A DNA stretch of 64,000 bases. Source: Diplonema japonicum (taxonomy: Eukaryota; Protista; Euglenozoa: Diplonemea). This document shows, piece after piece, positions 19,543 to 31,724 of this stretch. Location of the stretch: positions 62,001-126,000 of the forward strand of contig OZ025712.1 of assembly GCA_964019335.1 (NCBI GenBank). Reading direction: 5' to 3'. Position 1 is the first letter of the stretch, and the number at the start of each line of letters is the position of its first letter. Made by a program: the position numbers and the translations under genes. The notes beneath the pieces were generated by a model that saw only the letters and a program-made list of their open reading frames with translations, did not search any database and was not told where the DNA came from.

Positions 19543-20804
19543 GTTCCTTTTTTGCTGAACATACCAAGAGAAAGAGGAGTAACATCAAGGAGGAGGAGAC
19601 CACCAACGTCACCCTTGAGGACACCGCCCTGGATGGCTGCCCCCATGGCGACCACCTCGTCGGGGTTCACACCCTTGAAGGGCTCACGCTTGAAGATGTC
19701 CTTCACCAGCTCCTGGACCTTGGGCATACGGGACATCCCACCGACAAGGATCACCTCCTCGATCTCGTTCACGGAGAGACCAGAGTCCTTCAAGCACACC
19801 TCACACGGCTTCTTCGTGCGAGAGATGAGCCCATCAACGAGCCCCTCGAGCTTCGACCTCGTCATCGTCTCCTGCAAGTGCTGGGGACCAGACTCGTTCG
19901 CGGAGATGTAGGGAAGGTTCACCTCAGTCTGCATCGACGAGGACAGCTCCATCTTAGCCTTCTCCGCTGCCTCCCTCACCCTCTGCAGAGCCATCTTGTC
20001 CTTCGTGAGGTCGATCCCGACCTGCTTCTTGAAGCTGTCGGTGAGGTAGGTCGTGATCGCCATGTCGAAGTCCTCCCCGCCGAGGAAGGTGTCACCGTTG
20101 GTCGCCTTCACCTCGAACACCCCACCGCTCACCTCCAAGATCGACACGTCGAAGGTACCACCCCCAAGGTCGTACACAGCGACCACCTTGTCCTCCCCGC
20201 TCTTGTCCATTCCGTAGGCGAGGGCCGCCGCCGTAGGCTCGTTGATGATACGGGTCACGTTCAGCTTCGCGATGCTCCCAGCGTCCTTCGTCGCCTGCCT
20301 CTGCGAGTCGTTGAAGTAGGCGGGAACCGTGATCACCGCGTTGGGGACAGACGACCCCACGTGGCCCTCCGCCGTCTCCTTCATCTTCTCAAGCACGAAC
20401 GAACCGATCTGGCTCGGGCTGTACTCCTTCCCGTTGCTGTCCTGAACCCACGCGTCTCCGTTTCCGGCCCTCGTGATCTTGAACGGGACCTGCTTCTGGT
20501 CCTCCTTCGTCTCCTTGTCGTCGTAGCCCCTTCCGATCAAACGCTTGACAGCGTAGAAGGTGTTCGCTGGGTTCGTCACCGACTGCCTCTTCGCCGCCAG
20601 ACCCACCAGCCTCTCAGACCCCTTGAACGCCACGACGGACGGCGTCGTCCTGAAACCCTCGCTGTTCTCGATCACACGCGGTGCAGACCCCTCCATGATC
20701 GCCACGCACGAGTTCGTTGTCCCAAGGTCGATCCCGATCACGTGCCCGGTCACCTTGCTGCAGTACCCCCTGCGGGTCGCAGCCAGAAAGCTGTTGCGCA
20801 TCAT
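18617..20804 (-). CDS. mtHSP70: Mitochondrial Hsp70, copy 1; 4 exons (20804-19565, 19442-19369, 19307-18729, 18685-18617)
   Basis: Presequence, [19 protein letters not shown] and VNPDEVVA. Removing GT-AG introns 19443-19564, 19308-19368 and 18686-18728 restores [21 protein letters not shown] and the acidic tail [12 protein letters not shown]. Confidence 0.95.
19445..19540. repeat. (GTT)32 microsatellite, i.e. (CAA)n in intron 1 of mtHsp70 copy 1
   Basis: Direct count. Copy 2 has (GTT)20 at 26036-26095. Confidence 0.95.
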
Positions 20805-20929
20805 TTTAATTTAGTTTTTGTTGATATAAGACCTGCGTGGTGTATGGGGGCAAAAAGGTTCTGCATCAAACTTCCATTCTAAGGCGGTGACGAAGTGTGG
20901 CTGAAGAAGGGCAATCGAAGGTTGGAGTC

Positions 20930-21180
20930 GCTGCTCGCGAGACCTTACTTTGCACGATTCTAAACCGATTGCGGATATGCGCTTGACACACACTGGGTGG
21001 ACGCTTCCGCGATGTTTGCAAGACATCAAGAGAGAGACCCAAGCCCTACCTACGTTACTGCCGTTGCAGCCACGAGACCCGACTACATCTTGATGAACGC
21101 TGCTGCAGCGCTGTATCCTGTGTTACTGAAGACATAGGCGTACCATCACATCGACCGCTAACTGTGACGCTGGAACACCG
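20930..21180 (+). mobile_element. Decayed LINE apurinic-type endonuclease fragment
   Basis: The plus strand reads RDLT (~GDlN), WVDASAMF...PSPTY...TRPDYILMN (~D..pT...RiDyil) and, after a frameshift, PSHRPLTVTL (~SDHxPv). Contains stops and frameshifts. Confidence 0.5.
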
Positions 21181-21877
21181 GCCTGAAGCTATGGACTGAA
21201 GAGGCCCGACCCCCCAGGATTGGTCTTGTAACGACGAGATTTACACGGCGATGGCTGAGCTTAGGGGTAGGGCTGCGAGCTGAGATAATCAGGCGCAGCA
21301 AGAGGCACCGGAACAAGGAGTACGCGAGGCGGACAGCGATCACTTTTTTCTCCTTTCTTTGGGCAAGCGCAACAATGTTCGGGATGCAAAATAAAAGTTT
21401 TAATAAGAAGAAAGAAAGAAAAAAAAAAGAAGAAAATATTGTTAAAAACCGAGCGGGCTTGAAAATAAATGCAATTTAATCTCAGTTTCGACCTCACCTT
21501 GCACCTCTTCCAAGTGTTGTCCTCATCATCCGCAGAGCACTGTTACCCAGCCAAGTCCGTATATTTAAAAAAGGCAAGGGGGAGGGGGGGAACTTATTTT
21601 TGACAGCACAATCAGAGCAACCCTTTAAAAAACTCAAAGAAAATAGGGGAAAAGCCTCTAAGCCCCTTAAAGGGCACCTCCCCCTTCCCGTCATCGTGTA
21701 AAAAAAAAAAAAGAAAAACCCATTAGGACAGAAGAAAAACAAAAAACAGGGGGGCTTTTTTCATTTTTTTTTTTAATTAATAATAATAAAAAAAAAAGTC
21801 CGCTGTGGAGCTAAGTGACACTGGAAAAATAAAATAAGGGGGCATACGTTTGTCAGCAGGGAAAAAGAAGAGAGAAA

Positions 21878-24556
21878 TTAGTCAAGTTTGTCCCAGAATG
21901 CGGGGGTTGCAAGATCGGATGAAGCGAAGGCAGAGGCTGTCTTCATCCTGTTCTGGACGGACTCGATCGACTGGTTCAGTGCCTTCTCAAGGTGGAATAG
22001 CTTCTTAGACTCCCAGAAGTCTTTCATGAATTTGAGCTGATCTTCGGTAGCAAGACCGACGAAGGTGGACTTCAAGACACCAGAGAACATCATGGCGGAA
22101 ACTGCGCCGATAAGGTTGTAGACCCTTTCGTAGTTCTTCTCGATGAACTTAGAGAGGATCCCCCCGCCCACCATCTGGTTATCAATGACACCGCTTGCAA
22201 CGTTGTTCAGAATGTAGATGAAGTCCTGGCTGCGAACATCTTTGCTGAAACCCCACTCAAGGGTCTCCTTCAAGAGGGCTTCGTCTTTCGCAGCCCCGAA
22301 GCCTGCGTAGACGTCAAGCCTGAACGCGCTCTCTGCCCCTGCGTTGTGTAGTGCCTTGATCTCTTCGATAGCGCTCCTTCCCTTGTTGATGACCAGAACC
22401 TTCATGATGGATGCACGCACGTCTGCGTTCAGCTTCGGGCTCGTCTTGTCCGCCTTGTACGCCTCCAGTCTCTCCTCGGCCTCTCTTAGAACCTCCGCAT
22501 CCTTCACATTCACCATGAGGTGCATCCCCAGAACGATGGAACGCAGCTTCTTTTCGTTATCGGAGTCGCCTTCCCTGTTGTCCCACCCAAGGGAGTCCAC
22601 GCACGGCTTAATAAGCTTCGCGATCAGCTTGTCCACCCTCTCCTTGATCTCTCCCTTGTTCTTCAGAGTCGTGCAGTACAAGGAGCTCTTCAACCCGGAC
22701 AGGGCCAAGGACAGCTGAGACCACACCTTGTCGTTCATCTCGCCCTTGTACCCGTTGAGGACCTTGACGAAGTCGGTCAGGGGTAGGTCGCCAGACTTCG
22801 AAAGGGACTCTGCGTCGCTGAGCAGTCCAATTCTGTCCTCCGCAGGGAGGGTCGCCACCGCCTTGCAGAGCTCGTCGAGCATGCTGGTGGGGTACTGCAC
22901 CCTCAAAGGGATGTGCTGGCCGTAGTTCACCTTAACCCAGGAGCTCTTGGTCTCGAGCTCGATAGTCTGCTTCTTCTCCTTCATGTACTGGGGAGGGTGC
23001 GCTCCCTCCTCGGTCCCGAAGATCAAGGGCACAATCCACTTCTTGTCGCTGTCACCATCCATCACGGACCCGTCGGCCAGGTACCACTTCTGCTCCACGT
23101 CGAACTTGAGCTGTTAATGTGTTAAGTGTGTTGGTGCCCTTGGCAATAAATGTCATACCTTTCCACCAGTTTTGGTAACATTAGAAACGGTGATGAGGGG
23201 GTAGCCCATCTGGAGGGTCCAGGTGTCCATCAGCTCGATGATAGGCTGGTTGGAGGACTTCTCCCAGGCCGCCCACAGGTCGGTGGTCTCGGTGTTGTCG
23301 TAGGAGTGCTTTTTCAGGTAGTCGATGAGCCCAGCACGGAATTGATCAACGCCGAGGAGCCTGAAGATCATCCTGATGACGGACCCGCCCTTGCAGTAGG
23401 AGATCAGGTCGAAGACTTCCTCAACGGACTCGGCGCGGCCGATGGGGACGAGGATGGGGTGCGATGAGCGGAGGGAGTCAAGCTTCAAGGCGCTGCTTTG
23501 TTCCTTGGCGACAAATGACTCCCAGATCTTCCACTCAGGGAAGATGGCGTCACCGGTAAAGGTCTGCATCCAGTTGGCGAAGCCTTCGTTGAGCCAGAGG
23601 CCGTCCCACCACTTCATGGTGACGAGGTTCCCGAACCACTGGTGAGCAAGCTCGTGGGTGATGACAATGGCGACTCTTTGTTTCTGCGAGGAAGACGCTT
23701 TGGCGGGGTCGATGATCAAGTCGATCTCACGGTAGGTGACGAGGCCCCAGTTCTCCATGGCGCCAGCAGCGAAGTCCGGGATAGCAATCATGTCCAGCTT
23801 GGGGAGAGGGTACGGGATCCCGAAGAAGTCGTTGTAAAACTCCAGCGACTTGATCCCCGTGTCGAGCGCAAACTTCAAGTTCTTCGCTTTGCCAGGAACC
23901 GAGATGCACCTGATGAGGGTCCCGTTCTTGGTGAGGCCCTGGATGAAGTCGAACTCACCGATGCAGAAGGCGAGAAGGTACGTCGACATTTTCGGGGAAG
24001 GAAGGAATTCTACGATTTTCTTCCCGTTTTCAGTGATGTAAGACTTCTCAGGCATGTTGGAGATGGCCATCAGCTCGGCAGGGACCACAAGGGTCACCGT
24101 GAAAACGGCCTTCTTTGCTGGTTCATCCCAGCAAGGGAAGCACCTCCTAGCGTCGATCGCTTCAAACTGAGTAGTAGCGAGGTACTTGGTGTTTCCATCA
24201 GCATCGACATACTTAGATCTGTAGAAACCGGCAAGCTGGTCATTCAAAATGCCGGTGAAGGTGAGGGACAGGACAGCGGGGCCGACTGAGAGCTCTTCCT
24301 CGAAGAGAACTGACATTGTCTTGTCCTTGTTCCTCAGCGTGATGCTGTCGGAGTCCACTTTCTTCTCGCCCTGCTGGAACACAGCGCTTGACACACAGAG
24401 GTCCCTTTGGTGCATTTCGACCACCTTTGTTGCCTCTGTCACATCAACATCGATCTCCACCGAACCCTTAAAGGTAAAGTTAACCATATCAGGCTCCAGC
24501 TTTAGCTTGTACGCTGATGGTGACACATTGCTTGGGAGCAAGACGCGTTCCGTCAT
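21878..24556 (-). CDS. M1 family (puromycin-sensitive-like) aminopeptidase; intron 23111-23158
   Basis: GAMENWG and HELAHQW..LWLNEGFA motifs and an ERAP1-like C-terminal domain. A 48-nt GTATGA..AACAG intron joins the two ORFs in frame. Confidence 0.93.
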
Positions 24557-25207
24557 CTTGTTTTTCGTGTGTGGTTTTGTTTCCTTTTTTTCCCTTTTTT
24601 TTTTCTGTGTCTTCGAATATGGCATGCGGCAGTGTTTTAAAAAAGAAAAAGGGGGGGACGGGGAATGATTTGAAAGAGGGAAACAAAGAAAGAAAAAAAA
24701 AGAGAAAAAAAAAAGAGAAAATAAACCGATGCGCAGCTTTTGTTTTTTTTATTTTTTCTAAAAGTCTTCCATTTAAAAAAAAAAAGTGCAAATACGAGGG
24801 GTTCGTAAACCTATTGTTTACTTCTTTTTTTTTTTTTTTGCTTTTCTTTAAAAAAAAGGGGGGGTTTCAAGCCGGAGAAAGAAAAAAAAAAACTAAAGGA
24901 GGGTGAAGCATCTAGATAGGGTACGCTGAGAGAACCATTTTTTGTTGCAACTAACAATCTTCAGGGTTCCTCTTATTTGATTAATACTTCCACTCCATGA
25001 TCAACTCAAAGGGGGGGATTTAAAAAATGAAAATGAAAAAAAAAAAGAAGAAAAAAAAAACAACTGTGCCATTAAGCACAAGTATAGGGAGAGGGCGGAC
25101 ATGTAGTACACATATCGGTGTCACGTCTCAGTGGGCGAAGTGGTGCACTTCATAACAAAAAAAGCGGGAGATGGGAAACACTAGGCAGGGAAGAGTGGCC
25201 CACAAAC

Positions 25208-26034
25208 TTATTCCTTCTTGTCCTCCTTCTTCTCCTCTTCCTTCTTCTCCTCCTTGGGCTCCTCAGTGGTGTTCTCCTGTTTTTGTTGAGAGGTGAGTTT
25301 TTTCTTGCCACTGGCATACCGTGGATGAAGAGCCAGCGTTGGCAGCTGCGGCGGCCTCGTAGTCCTTCTTCCCGCACTCCATCACGAGCTTCTGCACCTT
25401 GTCGGTGGCCTCCTGGAGCTGCTCCGCGGAGGAGGACTCGTTGTTCAAGAGGTCCCTCGCCTCCTGAACTGCCTCCTTCACCTCCTGCTTCTCCGCCTCC
25501 GACACGTGCTTCCAGTCCTCGAGAGCCTTCTCCGCCTGAACCACCTGTGTCTCCACTGTGTTCTTCGCCTCAACAGCCTCCCTCTTCTTCGTGTCCTGCT
25601 CCTTCATGTCCTCCGCGTCCCTGATCATCCTCTCGATCTCTTCCTTGTTCAGGCCACCGCTCGACTGGATGCGCACGTTCTGCTCCTTCCCGGTCGCCTT
25701 GTCCTTCCCGGACACGGTGCAGATCCCGTTCGCGTCGATGTCGAACGTCACCTCGATCTGAGGAACACCACGCGGTGCGGGGGGAACGCCAGTCAGGTCG
25801 AACTGACCGAGGACCTGGTTGTCCGCAGCCATCTCCCTCTCTCCCTGAAGCACCTTGATCCCGACCTGGCTCTGGTTGTCAGCGGCGGTCGAGAACACCT
25901 GTAGTTTTTTTTCTTTTTTTTTTTTTTATGTTTTATGTTATTAGTATTGGTTGGCTTACCTGGCTCTTCTTCGTGGGGATGGTGGTGTTCTTGGGGATGA
26001 GACGGGTGAACACACCACCGAGGGTCTCGATACC

Positions 26035-26097
<63 letters not shown>

Positions 26098-27359
26098 GTT
26101 CCTTTTTTGCTGAACATACCAAGAGAAAGAGGAGTAACATCAAGGAGGAGGAGACCACCAACGTCACCCTTGAGGACACCGCCCTGGATGGCTGCCCCCA
26201 TGGCGACCACCTCGTCGGGGTTCACACCCTTGAAGGGCTCACGCTTGAAGATGTCCTTCACCAGCTCCTGGACCTTGGGCATACGGGACATCCCACCGAC
26301 AAGGATCACCTCCTCGATCTCGTTCACGGAGAGACCAGAGTCCTTCAAGCACACCTCACACGGCTTCTTCGTGCGAGAGATGAGCCCATCAACGAGCCCC
26401 TCGAGCTTCGACCTCGTCATCGTCTCCTGCAAGTGCTGGGGACCAGACTCGTTCGCGGAGATGTAGGGAAGGTTCACCTCAGTCTGCATCGACGAGGACA
26501 GCTCCATCTTAGCCTTCTCCGCTGCCTCCCTCACCCTCTGCAGAGCCATCTTGTCCTTCGTGAGGTCGATCCCGACCTGCTTCTTGAAGCTGTCGGTGAG
26601 GTAGGTCGTGATCGCCATGTCGAAGTCCTCCCCGCCGAGGAAGGTGTCACCGTTGGTCGCCTTCACCTCGAACACCCCACCGCTCACCTCCAAGATCGAC
26701 ACGTCGAAGGTACCACCCCCAAGGTCGTACACAGCGACCACCTTGTCCTCCCCGCTCTTGTCCATTCCGTAGGCGAGGGCCGCCGCCGTAGGCTCGTTGA
26801 TGATACGGGTCACGTTCAGCTTCGCGATGCTCCCAGCGTCCTTCGTCGCCTGCCTCTGCGAGTCGTTGAAGTAGGCGGGAACCGTGATCACCGCGTTGGG
26901 GACAGACGACCCCACGTGGCCCTCCGCCGTCTCCTTCATCTTCTCAAGCACGAACGAACCGATCTGGCTCGGGCTGTACTCCTTCCCGTTGCTGTCCTGA
27001 ACCCACGCGTCTCCGTTTCCGGCCCTCGTGATCTTGAACGGGACCTGCTTCTGGTCCTCCTTCGTCTCCTTGTCGTCGTAGCCCCTTCCGATCAAACGCT
27101 TGACAGCGTAGAAGGTGTTCGCTGGGTTCGTCACCGACTGCCTCTTCGCCGCCAGACCCACCAGCCTCTCAGACCCCTTGAACGCCACGACGGACGGCGT
27201 CGTCCTGAAACCCTCGCTGTTCTCGATCACACGCGGTGCAGACCCCTCCATGATCGCCACGCACGAGTTCGTTGTCCCAAGGTCGATCCCGATCACGTGC
27301 CCGGTCACCTTGCTGCAGTACCCCCTGCGGGTCGCAGCCAGAAAGCTGTTGCGCATCAT
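25208..27359 (-). CDS. mtHSP70: Mitochondrial Hsp70, copy 2; introns 26034-26119, 25899-25959, 25277-25319
   Basis: Same coding sequence and intron positions as copy 1; TAA stop and a shorter CAA tract. Confidence 0.95.
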
Positions 27360-27649
27360 TTTATGTTGGGTTTTGTTGATATAAGGCCCTGTGTGGTGTC
27401 CATGACAGTACTAGCTAATAGAATATGACTCTGGAGAGAGCAGATCACCGAGTGGTGACAAACGTTCGGAAAGGGTTCTATGAAGAGGCCGTGAAGAGCA
27501 CGGAACGCATGAGAAGAGAAAAAGAGAGGTCGCTCGTTTGGTAGGAGGGATACTGTTGCGCTTAAAAAATGCTGCCTGTTAGCTACATTTTAAGCAAAAA
27601 AAAGGTCTCCTCCTATCAATGCACTCAATCTGACAAATAACACTTTTGA

Positions 27650-28639
27650 TCACTTACGAGGAGCGACAGGTGCAGCGGTGTACAGCACCTTCCCATGAGT
27701 GTCATGGTACTTGATGGTGGTGGCTGTCTCCGTGGCGGTGAGGGAGGCGAACCCGCCGTCGGCGCCGTAGGTGTTGCCACTGTCCATGTGGAACTTCATA
27801 GAGTCCTTCGGGACCCTGTGGGTGTTTGAGGGGTTGTAGCAGCACTCCTTCCCAGCGCCCGCGAGAACGAGGGCCTTGTTGTCGACAACGAAGTGTCCCT
27901 GGCAGTGGTCGTGGCCTGCCAGGTACCCGCTGGCGTCGTACTTCGTGAGGAGGGGAAGCACGTCGTCGATGAGCTGCTGCGTGGGGCCGTGCGAGCACTG
28001 CGAGTAGATAGGGTAGTGCCCCGACACCCACAGGTAGTCGGCCGTCGACTTCGCCATCGTCGCCTCCAACCACTGCAGCTGTGACTCCTTCGCAGCCATA
28101 TCGGGTGTCCCGGTGTACTTCACGAACTCGCCCGTCGCGTCGTCTCGGTAGGACTGCCCCCCGAACACCACAGTGTCGATGTAGATCACTTGCGTCGACA
28201 CATTCTTCCCTGTCGAGGTCACGAAGGACTCGGTGAAGGTGTAGTACAGGGAGGGGAAGGTCCACCTCTTCGAGAGGTGCGTGTAGGCGATCTGCGCCGT
28301 CACGTTCCCCTTGTGGTCGTGGTTCCCCGCCACTGCGTACCACGGGACCTGCAGGCTTGCGTCCGTGAACACGTTCTCGTAGGTTTCCTTGAACCTCGCC
28401 GAGTGCACGTCGGTGTCAATCCCAGCGTCGTAGAAGTTGTCCCCCATCGCCATCACAAAGCGGATCCCGCCAAGGGATTGCGCCACAGCTCCCATCCCCT
28501 TGTTGTTGTCAACCTCACCAGGGGCGGTCGGATCCTGGTCGCTGTTTCCACCCCAGTCCCCAAGGGCAAGGAAGCTCATCGAATCGGCAGCAGCGGCAAC
28601 GCCCACCACAGCCAGCATCGTCACCATCTTCATGGACAT
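27650..28639 (-). CDS. Secreted purple/tartrate-resistant acid phosphatase (ACP5-like metallophosphoesterase)
   Basis: Signal peptide; GDWG, GDNFY, GNHD, GHYP and GHDH motifs. Confidence 0.92.
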   Translation of the reverse strand: MSMKMVTMLAVVGVAAAADSMSFLALGDWGGNSDQDPTAPGEVDNNKGMGAVAQSLGGIRFVMAMGDNFYDAGIDTDVHSARFKETYENVFTDASLQVPWYAVAGNHDHKGNVTAQIAYTHLSKRWTFPSLYYTFTESFVTSTGKNVSTQVIYIDTVVFGGQSYRDDATGEFVKYTGTPDMAAKESQLQWLEATMAKSTADYLWVSGHYPIYSQCSHGPTQQLIDDVLPLLTKYDASGYLAGHDHCQGHFVVDNKALVLAGAGKECCYNPSNTHRVPKDSMKFHMDSGNTYGADGGFASLTATETATTIKYHDTHGKVLYTAAPVAPRK

Positions 28640-28725
28640 GGTATCTGGTGAGGTGATACAGTAGCCATGCTGCTAGATAAATAGGAATACAAAAAAATAC
28701 AATCTTACAGTGTTTGCGTGTTCCG

Positions 28726-29394
28726 TCACGCCTGACGGATGGGCGACAGGTTCCTGACGAGCTCCTCGTCGCGTGCAACGCGCAGTTGGAGCATCTGCTT
28801 GAACGCTGCGTTCACCTGCTCTTCAGTGATGGGGTACTTGGTGGGCAGGTTGAAGAGATACTCAGCGAGGCTGTCTACGACATTTCCGCTTGTAGCATCT
28901 GGACCACCAGTTCTCACACCAGCGACAGGGGGAGGAGACATGTACTCACGGAGGGAACGAGACGGCTTCGGTGTAGAAGAAAGCGGTGGGGGTGAGTGGG
29001 TCTGGGTAGTAGGAGTAGTCGTTGGCGGTCTGACAGGCGACGGGGAGGGTTGTACCACCACCGCTGCCTTCAACGGCGGGGGTGAGCTCACTATTCGTTG
29101 TAGCAGCTCTGCGTTCCATAGCTGCTGGTGGGTTTCTTCTTTCAAGAGGGCGGTCCTTTCCTCTTCAAGCAGTTCTAGCTCCTTGAGCATCGTCTCAGTC
29201 TTGTCGTCCCCATGGCCAGTGCTTTGTCTTAGCTTCCGTAAGCCTTCACGGGCTACAGTGCTTCCTACCTCACTGCGCTGCATGCTCCTTGCCCTTTCAA
29301 GGACTTCGCATGCGCCTGCTGAGAGCTCCCGTGGCTCCGCAACCCGTCGCACGGGTGTGCGCAACTCGTCTGAGGGACCCCATTCACCCGACAT
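28726..29394 (-). CDS. Hypothetical protein (coiled coil plus Pro/Thr-rich region)
   Basis: Open frame with plausible composition on the cluster strand; ATG at 29394. Confidence 0.55.
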   Translation of the reverse strand: MSGEWGPSDELRTPVRRVAEPRELSAGACEVLERARSMQRSEVGSTVAREGLRKLRQSTGHGDDKTETMLKELELLEEERTALLKEETHQQLWNAELLQRIVSSPPPLKAAVVVQPSPSPVRPPTTTPTTQTHSPPPLSSTPKPSRSLREYMSPPPVAGVRTGGPDATSGNVVDSLAEYLFNLPTKYPITEEQVNAAFKQMLQLRVARDEELVRNLSPIRQA

Positions 29395-29618
29395 GGCTTG
29401 GCACACCAGCCTCCTGCTGGATATCGATGCGTGGAAATAACGGAAGATGAAAATACTTTTATATACAAAGTGCACGGAGGCAGTAAGTGTATGCAGAAAA
29501 AAAGTGGAGTGTTAAAGTGGCGTGTAAAGCTAAATAAGTAATAAAAAAAAAAAGAGGGAAAACGAAGAGGGTAATAGTTAAAGATATGTAAGGCTTGTAT
29601 TTTTGCTCCCCTCCTCTA

Positions 29619-29661
<43 letters not shown>

Positions 29662-30004
29662 TGACGCAAAGACATAGAAAATTAGATGGAAGGGGTTCGT
29701 GTGTCGCAGCCAAAATGTGTAGATTTTTCCGTGGTTAATTCCTCCCATTTTCTTTTTTTTTTCTTTTTTGGAGAAAGGGGGGAAGAAAACAGCAACGGTA
29801 GAAAATATATATCCCGCCCCCCCCCCCCCCTTTTTTTCTTCCTCCTTTTAACTTTTTTTTTCTTTTGCAAAGGATACGAATTAAAAAAAAAAAACCGGAT
29901 ACTAATTAGGGAAAAAAAAAAAAAAAATCTTTTTTAAAAGGAGGGAAGTGCATGCACGCAACTTACCTATGGCACATAATATATCCTCCCCCCTCCCTCC
30001 CACA

Positions 30005-31063
30005 TCAACGATAGTCAATGTTATTAGCATTCACATGTTTTGCGACCAGGTACTTAAGAGAAGGAATCTCATGGGCTACGGTGATGGTATCGTTGAACAT
30101 TTTGTTCTCTTTAACAGAATACCCACCGAAGATGAGGAAGCCTTTGGTGTTTTTCAATTGGGCCGCACCGGCGCCCCATCGCGGGTTTAGCCAAGAAGGG
30201 ACTTCCAACTCTTCCCAGTAACAAGCATCCACATCGAACTTATGCAACGAACCGAGGTCGGACCGCCCGTCGAAACCCCCATAAAGATACAGATAGGGGC
30301 TGATAAAGACAGATGTACAAGAACCCCTTGGAGAGGGAACAGCACCGGTCATATTGTCCATTTGAACCCATTTCTGCGTGGATAACTCGTAGTACCATAG
30401 GTCGTTGAAAACCGTGTCGTTGGCCTTTGTGGTCTTGTTGTCCGGTGCACCGCCAAACACGTAAAGTTTTCCTTTCGCGTAGCAACTTGTATGGTACTGT
30501 CTTGGGGAAGGCCTTCGTTGATCCTTCACAGGCATCAGCTCCCATTCGTTGTTGTCTGGGGTGTACCTCCAAAGATTGTTCAGAGCTCGCAAACCAGCGT
30601 TTCCACCGAAAACGTAAATGCTCCCGTCAGGGTGTTGCACGGCGGTGTGGCTTGAATGGGGTAAGGGTGGAGGGTCGGTTGGTTTTATACTTGGCTTTAT
30701 CTTGGTAGGTCGGATAGTCCATGTTTTGGTATCGATGTTAAGAATGTATGTGAAGCTTGCTTCGCCACGTCCCATATCGTCGCAGCCGCCGAGGACGAGG
30801 ACCTCGGTGTCGCTGATAGCCACTGCGGTGTGGTGTACAATGGCTGCGGGGTTGGTTCCTGTGGTGAGCATTTCCTCCCAGTTGTGTTTTTCTGTGTCGT
30901 AGACATGGACGACCCTTGTGCTGCCGCATAGCAGGTCGCCCTCCATTGTCACGCACTCCCAGCCGCCTATGAGTAGCATCTTCTTCCCGTTGCAGACACT
31001 ACTCAGGGATGGGTAGAACCGCGGCTTCAGCTTGCCCTTGTCGCACTCAACCTTCGTAAACAT
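30005..31063 (-). CDS. Kelch-repeat protein with C-terminal BC-box-like motif (KLHDC-like)
   Basis: Repeated H.....lyvFGG...ndlw.y.....W units; C-terminal IPSLKYLVAKHV. Confidence 0.85.
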   Translation of the reverse strand: MFTKVECDKGKLKPRFYPSLSSVCNGKKMLLIGGWECVTMEGDLLCGSTRVVHVYDTEKHNWEEMLTTGTNPAAIVHHTAVAISDTEVLVLGGCDDMGRGEASFTYILNIDTKTWTIRPTKIKPSIKPTDPPPLPHSSHTAVQHPDGSIYVFGGNAGLRALNNLWRYTPDNNEWELMPVKDQRRPSPRQYHTSCYAKGKLYVFGGAPDNKTTKANDTVFNDLWYYELSTQKWVQMDNMTGAVPSPRGSCTSVFISPYLYLYGGFDGRSDLGSLHKFDVDACYWEELEVPSWLNPRWGAGAAQLKNTKGFLIFGGYSVKENKMFNDTITVAHEIPSLKYLVAKHVNANNIDYR

Positions 31064-31724
31064 ATTGTTGCGGTGTTGTATCACGAAAGGATGGAAGGAG
31101 GAAGAAAAAAAAAAAAAAGGGAAAAAAAAAAAGGGGGTGGACCAACTGTGTGAGTGTGTGTGTAAAAATATTGAAGACCCATTTTTTTTTTATTTTTTTT
31201 CCCGAACCCGTGCTACATGGTATTCAAACAATAAAATGAATAAAATTTGGAAGTTATTCTTAACTTCCTAATAGAAGAAAAAAAAAAGTAAAAAGGAATA
31301 TAAATAAATAAAAAAAACGCTACGAGAGGGAAGTAAAAAAATGGGGTAACAAAAAAAACTTTTTTTTCTGGGTAAATAGAAAAGAGGGAAATGGGGAATA
31401 AATAAATAAAAAAGTCGGGGAATACATTTCCCACTTTGGATAGTGAATCCGCCGTGTTGTAGGATGTCACAGGAGTAGCTCTCCCATGGCCTCCTACTTC
31501 ACGGAAAATACTTTAATGTTTGTATGGTTTTTTTTTTTTTTTTTTTTTCTTTTTTTTTTTCTCTTTGGAATCAAGGTACATTTCACGAAAACACTTTCTC
31601 GCGATATCACCCCTCGAATGATAGAAGCTTCCCTTGAACGTAGCTGTCATGCTTACAATGAAGTACTGACTATGTACTGCTTCGAACAAGAGGAACCTTC
31701 TAGTTTACTAAAAACAAACCCAGC

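Noticed and set aside
19365-19564. Apparent polyQ-tailed, truncated Hsp70 (and poly-L/V/C/N ORFs)
   Set aside because: The CAA tract lies inside a GT-AG intron whose removal restores the conserved Hsp70 sequence.
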